Source: Candidatus Aminicenantes bacterium (GTDB lineage: Bacteria > Acidobacteriota > Aminicenantia > Aminicenantales > Aminicenantaceae). Taken from it: 64,000 nt of DNA. Position numbers and translations under genes: made by a program. Below the pieces are notes generated by a model. That model searched no databases, was not told where the DNA came from, and saw only the letters and a program-made list of their open reading frames with translations. Of this stretch, positions 36,454-44,867 are shown piece by piece (position 1 is the first letter of the stretch; each line of letters starts with the position of its first letter). The stretch covers positions 8,427 to 72,426 of the forward strand of contig JADHWO010000003.1 in the NCBI GenBank assembly GCA_016783445.1, written 5' to 3'.

Positions 36454-37122
36454 ATGCTTAAGAAATATTCGTTTCTTTTTCCATGCCTGTTTTTGTTGTT
36501 CTTTTTTCTCTTTGTGTTTACAACAAGGAGTCAAGAAGAGTATGAGAGAGGAGTTATTGCTGTTTACTTCATGGAAGAGCAAGTCGGCTATGAAGAGTAC
36601 TCCTGGCAGTCGGATGAAACAGGTTACCTGCTTTCAGTAAAAGGGCGGCTAACAAAGCTTGTTGCGATAGAGATTGAAAGCCTGACAATCAGTTTGGATA
36701 AAAGTTTTATTCCCCTTCAGTACCATTTTAAAGGCTCGATAAGTGGAGTGGAACAGGAAATTTCAAGTTCTATTATTGATGGCAGAGTGGAGAATGTAAT
36801 TCATGCTTTAGAGCAAGAACAGAGGATTACAAGTAAGATTAGGAAAGACGCCTTTCTTTTACCGAGTGCTGTATTCTCTCCTTATATTGTGATAACCAAG
36901 AAATTTGGATGTAACCTTCAGCAACCTCTTGAGCTTTCAGCTTATATTATTCCTCAGATCGAGATTCCATTTACTCTTGAGCCGATGGAGATCTTCCCAT
37001 GCTCACTACTTATGCAGTTAGGCACAAAATTGATTGAATTGGAAACTGACTATGAAGGCAATCTTGTAACTCTCCAAATCCCTTCCCAGAACATAAGAAT
37101 AGTCCATAGAATAGTAGAATAA
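36454..37122 (+). CDS. Hypothetical secreted protein
   Basis: Signal peptide. No recognisable motif. Same operon as the ECF sigma, anti-sigma and YbjQ genes. Confidence 0.4.
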   Translation: MLKKYSFLFPCLFLLFFFLFVFTTRSQEEYERGVIAVYFMEEQVGYEEYSWQSDETGYLLSVKGRLTKLVAIEIESLTISLDKSFIPLQYHFKGSISGVEQEISSSIIDGRVENVIHALEQEQRITSKIRKDAFLLPSAVFSPYIVITKKFGCNLQQPLELSAYIIPQIEIPFTLEPMEIFPCSLLMQLGTKLIELETDYEGNLVTLQIPSQNIRIVHRIVE

Positions 37123-37149
37123 AAATATTGAGTCCCTTACGGCCATAGC

Positions 37150-37179
37150 TTGACATTAATTCAAGCAACTCTATAGAAT
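37150..37179 (+). promoter_or_regulatory. Candidate sigma70 promoter for accA
   Basis: TTGACA (37150-37155), 16-nt spacer, TATAGAAT. Confidence 0.35.
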
Positions 37180-37214
37180 AGACGGGTAAAAAAGACACTT
37201 CTATTTTTAAACCA

Positions 37215-38168
37215 ATGAGCGAAGAAAAAGATTTTTATAAATTGGAAAAAGAAATTATTCTTTTTGAAGAGAAAATTAAAGAAATTCAGTCAAGCGAAGA
37301 GAATAATAAAAAAGAGAAGATCGCCCGACTCAAAAAAGAGATCGAGAAGGAATGGGCCAGGATAAAACCCGAGCTTACACCTTCACACATTGTCCAAATA
37401 GCTCGTCATCCCAAGCGCCCTTATACACTGGACTACCTAGACTATCTGACCGAAGATTTTATGGAAATTCACGGCGATCGCCGTGCAGGCGATGACCCTG
37501 CAATTGTAGCAGGTTTGGGTTTTTATAAAGGCCGTACAGTTGCCTTTATCGGACATCAAAAAGGGCGAACAACAAGGGAAAGAATAGAGCGGAATTTTGG
37601 TCAGCCCAATCCAGAGGGTTATCGGAAAGCCCTAAGAGTTATGAAATTAGCAGAGAAATTCGGTTTTCCCATTGTGACATTGATTGATACTCCAGGTGCT
37701 TATCCCGGAATAAGAGCTGAGGAGCAAGGCCAGGCAGAGGCGATTGCTAATAATTTAAAGGAGATTTCAAAGCTCAGAATCCCTGTTGTCAATGTGGTAA
37801 TTGGTGAAGGAGGCAGCGGGGGAGCACTGGCTATTGGGGTTGGAGATGCCATTTTAATGCTTGAATATTCTTTCTACTCGGTCATTTCTCCTGAAGGATG
37901 TGCGGCAATTCTCTGGAAAGACCAGAAAGCGGTTACCCAAGCGGCGGAAAATTTGAAGATTGGAGCCAAGGATTTACTGGATATGGGAATAATAGACAAA
38001 ATTATATCTGAACCTCCTGGTGGTGCTCATGTGGACTATGAACAGATATTCAAAAATGTGGATAGACATCTGAATCCGACTCTTAAAAAACTTGAACTGA
38101 GATCTCCCGAGGAAAGACTGGAAGAAAGATATCAAAAATTTAGAAAGATTGGAGTCTTTTCCGAATAA
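37215..38168 (+). CDS. accA: Acetyl-CoA carboxylase carboxyltransferase alpha subunit
   Basis: AccA signature (GFYKGRTVAFIGHQKGR, DTPGAYPG). Confidence 0.9.
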   Translation: MSEEKDFYKLEKEIILFEEKIKEIQSSEENNKKEKIARLKKEIEKEWARIKPELTPSHIVQIARHPKRPYTLDYLDYLTEDFMEIHGDRRAGDDPAIVAGLGFYKGRTVAFIGHQKGRTTRERIERNFGQPNPEGYRKALRVMKLAEKFGFPIVTLIDTPGAYPGIRAEEQGQAEAIANNLKEISKLRIPVVNVVIGEGGSGGALAIGVGDAILMLEYSFYSVISPEGCAAILWKDQKAVTQAAENLKIGAKDLLDMGIIDKIISEPPGGAHVDYEQIFKNVDRHLNPTLKKLELRSPEERLEERYQKFRKIGVFSE

Positions 38169-39415
38169 TGAAAAAACAGATTCCTACAATAAGGGGGACA
38201 AAAGACATTCTTCCTCGAGAAATAAGGAAGTGGCAGAGGGTTGAATCAATGGCCAAGAAAGTTTTTGAACTCTATGGCTACAGAGAAATCAGAACCCCGG
38301 TCTTTGAAGCCACAGAGCTCTTTGAGAAAGGGACAGGGGAGACATCGGACATTGTTATCAAGGAGATGTACACTTTTAAGGACAAGGCAGGGCGCTCTTT
38401 AACCCTCAGGCCAGAATACACTCCATCTGTGGTGCGTTCTATCATAAAAAACAGATTGTATCTTAAGCCTGATCCATTGAGGTTTTACTTCATTGGTCCT
38501 ATGTTTCGCTATGATAAGCCCCAAAAGGGACGGTACCGCCAGTTCCATCAGATCGATATCGAAGTCTTCAGGGAAGGGGATCCAGCTATTGATGCAGAGA
38601 TCGTGGAGATGGCAGATTATTTCCTAAAAAAACTCCGGGTATATGACACAAAAACTCTGGTGAATTCTGTTGGCTGCAAGGAATGTCGGCCTGCCTATAT
38701 TAAGGATTTGCGAAAAAAGGCAGAGGAAATCAAAAAAGACCTGTGTGCTGATTGTTTGAGGAAGATTAAAACTAATCCTCTGAGGATTTTTGACTGCAAA
38801 GTAAAATCCTGCCGGGAAACAGCTCAGGCTTTTCCAAATATTACTGACTATCTTTGTCAGGAGTGTGAGGAACATTTCAGCAAATTTTGTGATTATCTGG
38901 GTCTTTACGGCATAAAGTACAAAGTTGAACCCCGCCTGGTCCGAGGGATAGACTATTATACAAAAACTACTTTTGAGATTATCTCCTCCAAACTGGGAGC
39001 TCAGGATGCGATTCTTGGTGGAGGAAGATATGATGATATGATGAAGGAATTTGGAGGGCCTGACATCTGTGGGACAGGTTTTGCTATGGGCATGGAGAGA
39101 TTGATTTCTGTTGTTCCATTCGAGAAAGAGAAAGGAGGCTTTCTTTATTTAGCGTATCTGGGAGAAAAAGCAAAAAGAGCAGGAATGGAGCTTGTGCAGC
39201 TTATACGGAGAGAAGGCATGGAATGCCTTATTGAATTCAAAAAGAAGACTCTTAAAAGCCAGATGAGTCGAGCGAATAAACTGGGTGCAACATGGGTTTT
39301 GATTATAGGTGATGAAGAAGTAAAAAAAGGGAAGTATCAACTCAAAAACATGCAAACCGGTATCCAGGAAGAGAAGGATCGAGAGGAAATACTGGATATT
39401 ATCCAGAAGTCTTAA
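38168..39415 (+). CDS. hisS: Histidyl-tRNA synthetase
   Basis: Class II motifs 1-3 and the HisRS anticodon-binding domain. ATGA overlap with accA. Confidence 0.9.
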   Translation: MKKQIPTIRGTKDILPREIRKWQRVESMAKKVFELYGYREIRTPVFEATELFEKGTGETSDIVIKEMYTFKDKAGRSLTLRPEYTPSVVRSIIKNRLYLKPDPLRFYFIGPMFRYDKPQKGRYRQFHQIDIEVFREGDPAIDAEIVEMADYFLKKLRVYDTKTLVNSVGCKECRPAYIKDLRKKAEEIKKDLCADCLRKIKTNPLRIFDCKVKSCRETAQAFPNITDYLCQECEEHFSKFCDYLGLYGIKYKVEPRLVRGIDYYTKTTFEIISSKLGAQDAILGGGRYDDMMKEFGGPDICGTGFAMGMERLISVVPFEKEKGGFLYLAYLGEKAKRAGMELVQLIRREGMECLIEFKKKTLKSQMSRANKLGATWVLIIGDEEVKKGKYQLKNMQTGIQEEKDREEILDIIQKS

Positions 39416-39448
39416 AGAGTTTCATTTTTCCAAAAAAGGACTTAGGAA

Positions 39449-41215
39449 ATGAGGTCAGATAAACCATCAAAGTGGCAGAGAACAGCCTATTGTGGTGAGA
39501 TCCGCCTGGAACATGCGGATAAGGAAGTGACTCTTTTTGGCTGGGTTCACAGGCTTAGAGACATGGGGAACTTAGTTTTTATTGACCTTAGAGATAGAGA
39601 AGGAGTAGTCCAGGTTGTTGTTCCCTCTGATGGGGGAGCACTTTTAGATGAGGCCAAAAAAATAAAGATGGAGAATGTGCTGGCTGTACAAGGTAGAGTA
39701 AAGAAGAGAGAAGAAGGTTCCCGAAATCCTCATCTTCCCACCGGCGAAGTGGAGGTTGTGGCCAAAAAACTTAAAGTATTAAGTGTGTCCAGAGTGCCTC
39801 CCTTTGTTATAGATGATCCGCCTCAGGCAACAGAGGAGCTCCGATTTAAATACAGGTACATGGATATGAGAAGGCCATCCATGCAGCGCAACATAAAGAT
39901 CAGACACCAGGCTGCTCTTAACATCCGCAATTTTATGGGTGAAAATGGCTTTTTAGAGATAGAAACCCCTTTTCTGACCAAATCTACTCCTGAAGGGGCC
40001 AGGGACTACCTTGTGCCCAGCAGGGAGTACAAGGGGAGGTTTTATGCTCTTCCCCAATCTCCTCAGATTTTCAAACAGATTCTGATGATATCCGGGTTTG
40101 ACCGCTACTTCCAGATCGTTCGATGTTTCCGCGATGAAGATTTAAGAGCTGACCGGCAGCCAGAGTTTACCCAGATAGATATAGAAATGAGCTTTGTAGA
40201 ACAAGAAGATATATTCAGTTTAGTGGAAGGCATGATGACTTCAGTTTTTAAAGTTATTGGTGTAGAAGTTAATTTTCCGTTTGCCCGGTTTACTTACGAA
40301 GAAAGTTTGGAAAAATTCGGGACAGATAAACCTGACCTTCGCTCTGAGGCAGAGATCAAAGATTTAACCGAAATTGGCTTAAAAATAGATTCTTCAGTTT
40401 TCAGGAATGTCCTCTCTTCAGGCGGAGTGTTAAAGGGCCTGGTTGTGGAGAACAAAGGCGCTCTATCCCGCAGCCAGCTCGATAAAATAGACCAGAAGGC
40501 TAAGGAACATGGAGGAAAAGGGATTATCTGGATTAAGAAGCAAAACGGATTTAAATCTTCTTTAAAATTGGAAATAAAGGATTTTAGTCTCATCTGGGAA
40601 AACCTAAAAGGAAAAGAAGAAGACCTGGTGCTTCTTATAGCGGATGAAAGGAGTAAAGCGTTAAAAATATTAGGAGAGATAAGAAGAGAATTTGTCCTTC
40701 AGCAAGAAGAGAATAAGAGGTCTTTTAAATTTGCCTGGGTCACAGACTTCCCTCTTTTTGAATTGAGCGAAGAGGAAAAACGCCTTCTCTCCATGCATCA
40801 TCCTTTCACTTCGCCTTACGAAGCGGACCTGGAATTTTTAGAAGAAGAACCGCTCCGGGTAAAGGCTAAAGCATATGACCTGGTTCTAAACGGAGTAGAG
40901 ATTGGAGGTGGCTCTATTAGAATTCATGACCTGGAAGTTCAAAAAAGGATATTTAGTATTCTTGGGTTAGATCAAAAGGAGGCCGAGGAGAAATTTGGTT
41001 TTTTCCTGGAAGCCCTAAGCTATGGAACTCCTCCTCACGGGGGAATTGCCCTGGGATTTGACCGTATCGTGATGATTCTAGCCGGAGAAGAATCTATCCG
41101 CGATGTTATCCCCTTTCCGAAGACCACGAGTGCCTTATGTCTGCTGACGGGTTCTCCTGCAGAGGTTGACCTCAAGCAGCTCGAGGAGTTGGGGCTGAAA
41201 AAGACTAAAGACTAA
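39449..41215 (+). CDS. aspS: Aspartyl-tRNA synthetase
   Basis: OB-fold N-domain, class II catalytic core (FRDEDLRADRQPEFTQID), GAD insertion, motif 3 GGIALGFDRIVM. Confidence 0.9.
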   Translation: MRSDKPSKWQRTAYCGEIRLEHADKEVTLFGWVHRLRDMGNLVFIDLRDREGVVQVVVPSDGGALLDEAKKIKMENVLAVQGRVKKREEGSRNPHLPTGEVEVVAKKLKVLSVSRVPPFVIDDPPQATEELRFKYRYMDMRRPSMQRNIKIRHQAALNIRNFMGENGFLEIETPFLTKSTPEGARDYLVPSREYKGRFYALPQSPQIFKQILMISGFDRYFQIVRCFRDEDLRADRQPEFTQIDIEMSFVEQEDIFSLVEGMMTSVFKVIGVEVNFPFARFTYEESLEKFGTDKPDLRSEAEIKDLTEIGLKIDSSVFRNVLSSGGVLKGLVVENKGALSRSQLDKIDQKAKEHGGKGIIWIKKQNGFKSSLKLEIKDFSLIWENLKGKEEDLVLLIADERSKALKILGEIRREFVLQQEENKRSFKFAWVTDFPLFELSEEEKRLLSMHHPFTSPYEADLEFLEEEPLRVKAKAYDLVLNGVEIGGGSIRIHDLEVQKRIFSILGLDQKEAEEKFGFFLEALSYGTPPHGGIALGFDRIVMILAGEESIRDVIPFPKTTSALCLLTGSPAEVDLKQLEELGLKKTKD

Positions 41216-41235
41216 TAAAGAGGAAAAATGGGGAG

Positions 41236-41262
41236 AAAAATGGGGACGGTTCCATTTTTCTT
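41236..41262 (+). terminator. Rho-independent terminator after aspS
   Basis: aaaaatgg-ggacggt-tccattttt hairpin followed by tcttgttcttg. Preceded by the tandem 12-mer gaaaaatgggga x2. Confidence 0.45.
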
Positions 41263-41426
41263 GTTCTTGCAATAATTATTTATTCAAATTAAAATATCCA
41301 GAATACGGGGTATTTCTTTTACGAGAGGAAGGTACACAAGAAAGTTTCTTGATTTGTTTGATGATTTTAACGATAAATTTAAAAACAAGTAAAAAACAGT
41401 TCCTTAAAAAACTTGAATTATTCATA

Positions 41427-41468
41427 GAAAATAAATTAAAGTGTCGCCAGTTTTTATGAATAATTCAG
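41427..41468 (+). repeat. 42-nt conserved sequence, copy A, inside a 12-bp perfect inverted-repeat pair (41415-41426 / 41455-41466), 27 nt upstream of the M16 peptidase start
   Basis: 40/42 identity to 44717-44758. Arms gaattattcata / tatgaataattc. Confidence 0.5.
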
Positions 41469-41495
41469 AATTAATAAAATAAGGAGGTTAATAAC

Positions 41496-43001
41496 ATGTT
41501 TGTTAAAAAAAGATTTTTGCTGCAACTGGCTCTATTCATTGCTGTTGTTGCACTTGTCAGCCTCTCTCTTCAGGCTCAAACTTTTGAAACGATTAAAAGC
41601 CAGGTAAAAGTGCATGTGTTGAAGAACGGCATGAAATTTATAGTTCTCGAACGCCATGAGGCCCCTGTTGTGTCCTTCCATGTATATGCTGATGTGGGAA
41701 GTGCCAATGAATCTTACGGGATAACAGGGATTTCTCACCTGTTGGAACATATGGCTTTTAAAGGCACTAAGATTGTGGGAACAAAAGATTATAAAGCAGA
41801 AGCAAAAATACTCGAAGAAATGGATGCCCTTTATGACCAGATAAAAAGAGAAGAAGCAAAAGCCAAGACAAACAGTGAGAAAATTAAAGAAATGGAAGAG
41901 AAGTTTGAGACATTGCGTAAGAATGCCAAGGAGTATGTAGCAACTGACGAATTTGTGGATATGCTGATGAAAGAAGGTGACCGGGGCATTAACGCTTACA
42001 CTAGCACTGATGCCACCCAATACATCAACAGCCTCCCCTCAAACAAGCTGGAATACTGGATGTCTATGACTTCTGATAGATTCCTAAATCCTATATTCCG
42101 TGAGTTTTTTAAAGAGAGAGACGTAGTCATGGAGGAGAGAAGACTAGGACTTGAAACCCGCCCTATGGGAAAGCTTGTTGAAGATTTTACAGCGGCTGCT
42201 TTTAAAGCTCATCCCTATCATCATTCAGTTGTTGGCCACATGTCAGACCTGGAAAAGATCACTCGAAAAGATGTGGGAGATTACTTCAAGAAGTTCTACG
42301 GCCCCAACAATTTAACAGTTGGGATCGTGGGAGATGTCAAGACTGAAGAAGTCTTTAAGCTGGCAGAGATCTATTTTAGCCGGATTCCCAGCGGTCCGAA
42401 ACCAGAGGCTGTGAGGACAATAGAACCTGAACAATGGGGAGAGCGTCGGGTCATCGTGGAAGCAAAATCCCAGCCAATTGTGATCATGGGCTATCACTGC
42501 CCAGATGCCCGACATAAAGACATCAGGTCTTTGGAAGCAATGGCAAACATCATTGGACAGGGACGTTCTTCCAGGCTATATGAGGTACTGGTTAAGGATA
42601 AAAAAGTTGCAGTTGCAGCTGTTAGTGTCAGTGGATTTCCAGGAGATAAATTCTCAAATCTTGTAGTCTTTTATGCTGTCCCATCCAGGGGCCATACTTC
42701 GGCTGAATGTTTGGAGCTCATTGATGAAGAGATTGAGAAGATCAAAAAGGAATCCGTAACTCCAGAAGAGTTGACAAAATTCAAGAGAGGTGAAGTTAAA
42801 GGAATTCTGGACCAGATGAAGTCTAATTCCCGAATGGCAGCCCTGCTGACCTATACGGATGTGGTGCTTGGAGATTGGAAGTTGATGTTTGATCAGATTG
42901 AGGAAATCCGGGCTATTACTGCAGAGGACATCAAGCGTGTCGCCAATAAATATCTGGTCAAGAAGCACAAAACAATCGGCGAGATTGTATATGAAAAATA
43001 A
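41496..43001 (+). CDS. Secreted M16-family (pitrilysin/insulinase-like) zinc peptidase, the active subunit
   Basis: Signal peptide. Inverted zinc motif HLLEHMAFKG...E. Confidence 0.8.
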   Translation: MFVKKRFLLQLALFIAVVALVSLSLQAQTFETIKSQVKVHVLKNGMKFIVLERHEAPVVSFHVYADVGSANESYGITGISHLLEHMAFKGTKIVGTKDYKAEAKILEEMDALYDQIKREEAKAKTNSEKIKEMEEKFETLRKNAKEYVATDEFVDMLMKEGDRGINAYTSTDATQYINSLPSNKLEYWMSMTSDRFLNPIFREFFKERDVVMEERRLGLETRPMGKLVEDFTAAAFKAHPYHHSVVGHMSDLEKITRKDVGDYFKKFYGPNNLTVGIVGDVKTEEVFKLAEIYFSRIPSGPKPEAVRTIEPEQWGERRVIVEAKSQPIVIMGYHCPDARHKDIRSLEAMANIIGQGRSSRLYEVLVKDKKVAVAAVSVSGFPGDKFSNLVVFYAVPSRGHTSAECLELIDEEIEKIKKESVTPEELTKFKRGEVKGILDQMKSNSRMAALLTYTDVVLGDWKLMFDQIEEIRAITAEDIKRVANKYLVKKHKTIGEIVYEK

Positions 43002-43016
43002 ATAAAGGAAAGAACA

Positions 43017-44468
43017 ATGAAGAAACAAAGAACATTACTCAAGCTTTTTTTTATCTTGTGTCTTTTGGTTTTTATTTCCGGGATGTCTGTTTTTGCTCAG
43101 AAGAGTCCTAAAGATAAATTTATCTTTCCAACTTTAAATCCGATTAATATGCCCAAAGTAGAAACGGTTAAGCTGAAAAACGGGATGAAGCTCTTTCTAG
43201 TGGAAGACCATGAGTATCCGACAATTGATATGCGGGCTATGGTTCGTGTAGGCTCTGTTTTTGAGCCGACCGCAGAAATTGGTCTAGCTTCTATAACAGG
43301 ATCAGTGCTCCGTACCGGGGGAACAACATCCATGACCGGAGATGAGATTGATAAAGAATTGGAGACCATGGCAGCTTCAGTTTCAACCGGTATCGGCCAG
43401 ACCTCAGGTTATATAATGGTTTCCGTGCTCAAGGAAGATATAAACAGAGCTCTGGAGATTCTTGCAGATATCTTGATGAATCCTGTTTTTCAAGAAGATA
43501 AGATCCGGCTGGCTCAAATACAGCAAAAGACGGCTATTTCCCGGCGAAATGATGATATTGGAGGAATTGCTTATAGAGAATTTGACAAGATAATCTACGG
43601 AAAAGACAGTCCTTATGCCCGTCATCCAGAGTATGTCACTATTGAAGCTGTCACAAGGGATGATATTGTAGGTTTTTATAAGAAGTATTTTTATCCTAAC
43701 AACACAACTGTGGCAATATGGGGGGATTTTGAGATAAAAGATATGATTGCCAGAGTAAAAAAGAATCTGGAAAAATGGGAAGCAGCCAAGGTTGAAATCC
43801 CACCGTTGCCCAAGGTCAGTTATGAATTCAAGTACACGGTCAATTTCATCGATAAGCCGGACGTAAACCAGTCTAACATCTTGCTCGGACACATTGGAGG
43901 GTTGATGGACAATCCTGATTACCCGGCTTTGAGTGTCATGAACAGCATTCTTTCCAACGAACGAATGTTCAAAAAGATCAGAATAGACGAAGGCCTTGCC
44001 TATAGTGTTTGGGGTCGATATGGGGCTGGTTACCAGGTTCCCGGAGCTTTTAGCTGTGGAGCTCAGACAAAATCCGAGTCCACTGTTTATGCCATAGAGT
44101 TAATGCTCAAGGAGCTAAAAAAGATTAGAGAAGAGGATGTGACTGATGAGGAATTGGCGAAGGCTAAAGATGAATACTTAAATTCTTTTGTCTTTAATTT
44201 TGACAGCAAGGCTAAGGTTGTTAACCGTTTAATGACCTATGATTTTTTCGAGTATCCCCTCAATTTTATGGAAAAAGTCAAGAAAGGCATAGAGAAGGTC
44301 TCTAAAAAAGATGTCCGGCGAGTGGCTCAGAAATACCTGCGTCCGGATAAGGTTCAGATCTTGGTAGTCGGGAAGAAGGAGAGCTTTGATAAGCCCCTTT
44401 CTACATTAGGGGAGGTCAACGTTATTGATATTAAAATTCCTCCTCTTAAGTCCAAAAAGAAGAAATAG
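43017..44468 (+). CDS. Secreted M16-family peptidase, partner subunit lacking the HxxEH motif
   Basis: Signal peptide. M16 N- and C-domains. Paired with the upstream M16 gene. Confidence 0.75.
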   Translation: MKKQRTLLKLFFILCLLVFISGMSVFAQKSPKDKFIFPTLNPINMPKVETVKLKNGMKLFLVEDHEYPTIDMRAMVRVGSVFEPTAEIGLASITGSVLRTGGTTSMTGDEIDKELETMAASVSTGIGQTSGYIMVSVLKEDINRALEILADILMNPVFQEDKIRLAQIQQKTAISRRNDDIGGIAYREFDKIIYGKDSPYARHPEYVTIEAVTRDDIVGFYKKYFYPNNTTVAIWGDFEIKDMIARVKKNLEKWEAAKVEIPPLPKVSYEFKYTVNFIDKPDVNQSNILLGHIGGLMDNPDYPALSVMNSILSNERMFKKIRIDEGLAYSVWGRYGAGYQVPGAFSCGAQTKSESTVYAIELMLKELKKIREEDVTDEELAKAKDEYLNSFVFNFDSKAKVVNRLMTYDFFEYPLNFMEKVKKGIEKVSKKDVRRVAQKYLRPDKVQILVVGKKESFDKPLSTLGEVNVIDIKIPPLKSKKKK

Positions 44469-44539
44469 ATACTGTGTCGGCCTAGGCTAAGTTGTTGATA
44501 ATTAACCTGGATTATTCACGAGTCAAGATTACCGCAAGT

Positions 44540-44626
44540 GCGAGGCGCAGGGTATGAAGCTGTGGTTCTCCACCGCAAATGCCCTGCAACGAAGCAGATG
44601 CGGTGATATCGGCTCGCCCGAAGGGG
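44540..44626 (+). ncRNA. Candidate small structured RNA or insertion remnant: a GC-rich island (~55% GC) in an AT-rich intergenic region
   Basis: Nested helices: gcgag/ctcgc (44540-44544 / 44613-44617), cagggtat/atgccctg (44548-44555 / 44579-44586), and mutually exclusive gctgtgg/ccaccgc versus caccgca/tgcggtg. Flanked by an imperfect 9-bp inverted repeat tgtgtcggc (44473-44481) / gccgacata (44636-44644). Confidence 0.2.
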
Positions 44627-44716
44627 AAAAAATGCCGACATAAGGTTAAAATGAGCCAATTGGAGAAGCTATAGATGATAATTTTGAAAAGATCAATGTA
44701 ATATGCCTGTATCATT

Positions 44717-44758
44717 GAAAATAAATAAAAGTGTCGGCAGTTTTTATGAATAATTCAG
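44717..44758 (+). repeat. 42-nt conserved sequence, copy B, downstream of the M16 operon
   Basis: gaaaataaataaaagtgtcggcagtttttatgaataattcag, 40/42 identical to copy A. Only the right arm is retained locally; a degenerate left arm lies at 44509-44519. Confidence 0.5.
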
Positions 44759-44867
44759 GTTAAGTGAATATAGACAGGCTGGACTGTTTTTTAACCTAAG
44801 AGTGCCTATTTTATTGGGTATAGTGAAGTTTTGAGCGTGGAGAGTATTTCTATCCAAAAAAAACGAT

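Noticed and set aside
44540-44626. Possibility that the GC-rich island is the 4.5S/SRP RNA (ggttctcc and aagcag motifs resemble E. coli ffs)
   Set aside because: The conserved domain IV core (GUCAGG...CC-GNRA-GG.AGCAGCC with a closing C-G pair) cannot be built from this sequence. The tetraloop candidates are not closed by complementary bases. Left as an unassigned structured element pending an Infernal scan.
44512-44715. 67-aa minus-strand ORF inside the GC-rich island
   Set aside because: No start context. It coincides with the strongly structured region and is more likely non-coding.
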